From: an uncultured virus (IMG/VR IMGVR_UViG_2061766007_000422) | Taxonomy: Duplodnaviria; Heunggongvirae; Uroviricota; Caudoviricetes | Length of the DNA: 64,000 nt | Strand: one strand, 5' to 3' | Virus record (IMG/VR): IMGVR_UViG_2061766007_000422 | In this document: positions 62,362-64,000 of the stretch, piece by piece | Position numbering within the stretch: position 1 is the first letter of the stretch | Layout of the letters: each line of letters starts with the position of its first letter | Notes under the pieces: model-generated | What the model saw: only the letters and a program-made list of their open reading frames with translations | Told to the model about the DNA's origin: nothing | Database searches by the model: none | Program-made: the position numbers and the translations under genes

Positions 62362-62944
62362 AAATATAATGCCATGTAAAGCCAAAAGCTGTTTTTACTA
62401 TATTTCGTGCGGCTTTAGAAATAGAACTCATTATACCTTTAACGATTGTTGAGCTAGAATAATTATTTTCAATAATCCATCTTGCTGCTTCTCCTTGACT
62501 ACCAAAGGTTTTTATCAATGTATCATTTTTATAGCAACTTATTGGTTTACCTTGAGTTTCATAAGCAATGCTTTCAGACGATTTAATTGGTATTTTAGCA
62601 TTATGAAGAATATGGCATACAGAATCACGACAAGCTCCTGTTATACGTGCAGTTTCTTTAATATTATGAACTTGTTCATATGTAGCAATAATTAAATCAT
62701 AATCTAAATAAGGCTTTCCATCACCACCTATAGTGGCATTATAGCCATATTTGAAACTTCGATAAAATTCAATCCAATAAGTTTCTCTATCACATAACAG
62801 TGAAGTATCTTGTACTTCTTCTACTTGTTCAATATGAAAGTGTTCAATTCCATATTTATTCATTGCACGATAAAGAGGTCTACTTTTTGTATGTAATTTT
62901 TGATAATCTTGTTTATGTTCTCTCCATCGTTCTTCTATAGTTAA
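62360..62944 (-). CDS. GIY-YIG/NUMOD homing endonuclease in tRNA cluster (5' end lost in N gap)
   Basis: RWREH, LYRAMNKYG, RETYWI, GYNATIGGDG; stop overlaps tRNA-Gln 5' end. Confidence 0.8.
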   Translation of the reverse strand, partial: LTIEERWREHKQDYQKLHTKSRPLYRAMNKYGIEHFHIEQVEEVQDTSLLCDRETYWIEFYRSFKYGYNATIGGDGKPYLDYDLIIATYEQVHNIKETARITGACRDSVCHILHNAKIPIKSSESIAYETQGKPISCYKNDTLIKTFGSQGEAARWIIENNYSSSTIVKGIMSSISKAARNIVKTAFGFTWHYI

Positions 62945-63068
62945 NNNNNNNNNNCTTCTCGCAGTTTGCGTAGCCAGTCAAGTATGCTCATATGTCCTCC
63001 TGTTCAATGCGTTGGATTGCGTTGCAAGTTAGTTGCAAGTAGGTTGCAACTTAAAGTGCCTTTAAGTT

Positions 63069-63216
63069 GTCTGCGGGTGAGGATTTGCACCTCACATGAT
63101 AGCCTTTTCGCCGATGTAGGGTCGCATGACTTTCGTCCTTCTTTTCGGGTGGTAACGTTACCTCCACCCTCGTGACTATCTCCCTCTAACCCGTCTACCT
63201 ATTCCGTCACCGCATA
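63069..63216 (-). ncRNA. tRNA-like RNA with D- and T-arms and a large structured domain in place of the anticodon arm
   Basis: TGCGG/CCGCA; D-loop ACGGAATAGGTAGACG; T-arm GTGAGG-TGCAAAT-CCTCAC; inner GATAGTC/GGCTATC and GGGTGG/CCACCC stems. Confidence 0.6.
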
Positions 63217-63220
63217 AAAT

Positions 63221-63342
63221 ATCTAGCCGGAGTATTACTATTGCACCTGCGCGCGCCAGAGTTGCACTGGCAGCACTAGCTGACTCGAACAACACCGCAT
63301 AATACTATTCTACTCCTTTTCTGTGTTTGCACCCGTCTAGAT
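63221..63342 (-). ncRNA. Structured RNA with terminal stem and two T-loop-like hairpins
   Basis: ATCTAG/CTAGAT, GGAGTA/TACTCC, GTTG-TTCGAGT-CAGC, GCCAG-TGCAACT-CTGGC. Confidence 0.5.
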
Positions 63343-63440
63343 AATTGGTTTGGAGTGCCTTTACCATCATTTTTGCAATATCTGTTTCACTACTAATGCC
63401 GTAGCACGTGATACTAACATTTGAGCTTAATGGCTCCAAG

Positions 63441-63512
63441 TGCGCCTGGCGAGGATCGAACTCGCGTTCATAGATTAAAAGTCATGTGCTCTACCGACTG
63501 AGCTACGGGCAC
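63441..63512 (-). tRNA. tRNA-Lys(UUU), imperfect anticodon and acceptor stems
   Basis: GCTCAGTCGGTAGAGC D-arm; CTTTTAA loop; GCGAG-TTCGATC-CTCGC. Confidence 0.82.
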
Positions 63513-63516
63513 AAAA

Positions 63517-63601
63517 CGGAAGATGAAGGAGTCGAACCTTCGAGCCCTCTCGGGCCGACGCGTTAGCAGTGCGTTGCCTTAAGCCACTCGGCCAATCTTC
63601 C
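63517..63601 (-). tRNA. tRNA-Ser(GCU)
   Basis: GGAAGAT/ATCTTCC plus G discriminator; CTGCTAA loop; long variable arm GGCCC-GAGA-GGGCT; GAAGG-TTCGACT-CCTTC. Confidence 0.93.
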
Positions 63602-63606
63602 ATAAA

Positions 63607-63663
63607 CGCGGCAGTAAAAATAAGAATTTACAGTCCTTGTAATATTATTGCTATTTCTGCCGC
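63607..63663 (-). ncRNA. tRNA-like RNA C (acceptor-like stem, AATAGCAA, Tyr GUA anticodon arm, no D/T arms)
   Basis: GCGGCAG/CTGCCGC plus G; AAGGA-CTGTAAA-TTCTT. Confidence 0.6.
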
Positions 63664-63718
63664 AAATAAGTCTCCTAGTGGTGCGCATTATGAAGAGGCG
63701 TAAGGAGAACGTAATTAT

Positions 63719-64000
63719 TTATACTATATATTTCCAATGAAGTTTTTCTTTAGTTTCTGGATGTTTTCCTGCAGATTTATAGCTACCTCTACCGGCTAAA
63801 TAATCCTTAATAGGGCTGCTACTTTTTAAACCACACCAATTTGCTGCTTCACGCACGGAAGGAAAAATTTGTTGTGTTTCAATACATTGAACCATTTTTC
63901 CTAAATGCTGGGGAACTGCTGGCAATTTATCCAATTTTTCTTTTGACCACTGGTAGCCATATGCTAAATTTTGATTATTATCTTTATGTAATGCACGACT
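63719..64000 (-). CDS. C-terminal NUMOD-type domains of a probable homing endonuclease (begins beyond window)
   Basis: AYGYQW; VQCIETQQIFPSVREAA...SAGKHP...LHW. Confidence 0.65.
   Translation of the reverse strand, partial: SRALHKDNNQNLAYGYQWSKEKLDKLPAVPQHLGKMVQCIETQQIFPSVREAANWCGLKSSSPIKDYLAGRGSYKSAGKHPETKEKLHWKYIV

Noticed and set aside
63021..63052. GTTGCAA(G/C) triple repeat and short ORF start beside the N gap
   Set aside because: Too short, and context is lost in the gap; cannot support a function
10356..63175. Plus-strand ORFs in the track
   Set aside because: All overlap well-supported minus-strand genes, repeats or RNAs and lack motifs; treated as shadow ORFs

Overview
This window looks like a 64-kb segment of a large, AT-rich, lytic-type dsDNA phage, probably infecting an anaerobic Firmicute (inferred from sigmaA-type promoters, anaerobic RNR and an r1t-type holin). 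Essentially all genes are on the minus strand. It holds a replication module (nrdD split by a group I intron with a LAGLIDADG endonuclease, dnaE, RecJ, primase, helicase, Sak4-like ATPase, SSB, type IIA topoisomerase A/B flanking an R-M pair, DNA ligase, RNase H, dNMP kinase). It also holds an iteron-like repeat region beside a winged-helix gene, a nucleobase-salvage island, an RNA-repair set, three tRNAs, several tRNA-like structured RNAs and about 10 homing endonuclease genes (HEGs). Main leads: (1) tRNA-mimic RNAs sharing a CACAGCAA-like motif near a Ro60-like DUF2828/vWA gene and RNA-repair enzymes; (2) a 7-nt stop-containing insertion in the dnaE PHP motif with matched Asn take-off/landing codons, next to a GIY-YIG gene; (3) a fixed-spacing AAAATA-N22-YYAC motif upstream of seven HEG units, three of which carry a paralogous 65-aa HTH gene. 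Many short N gaps break frames and limit some boundaries. All family calls come from motif recognition by eye, not from database searches.
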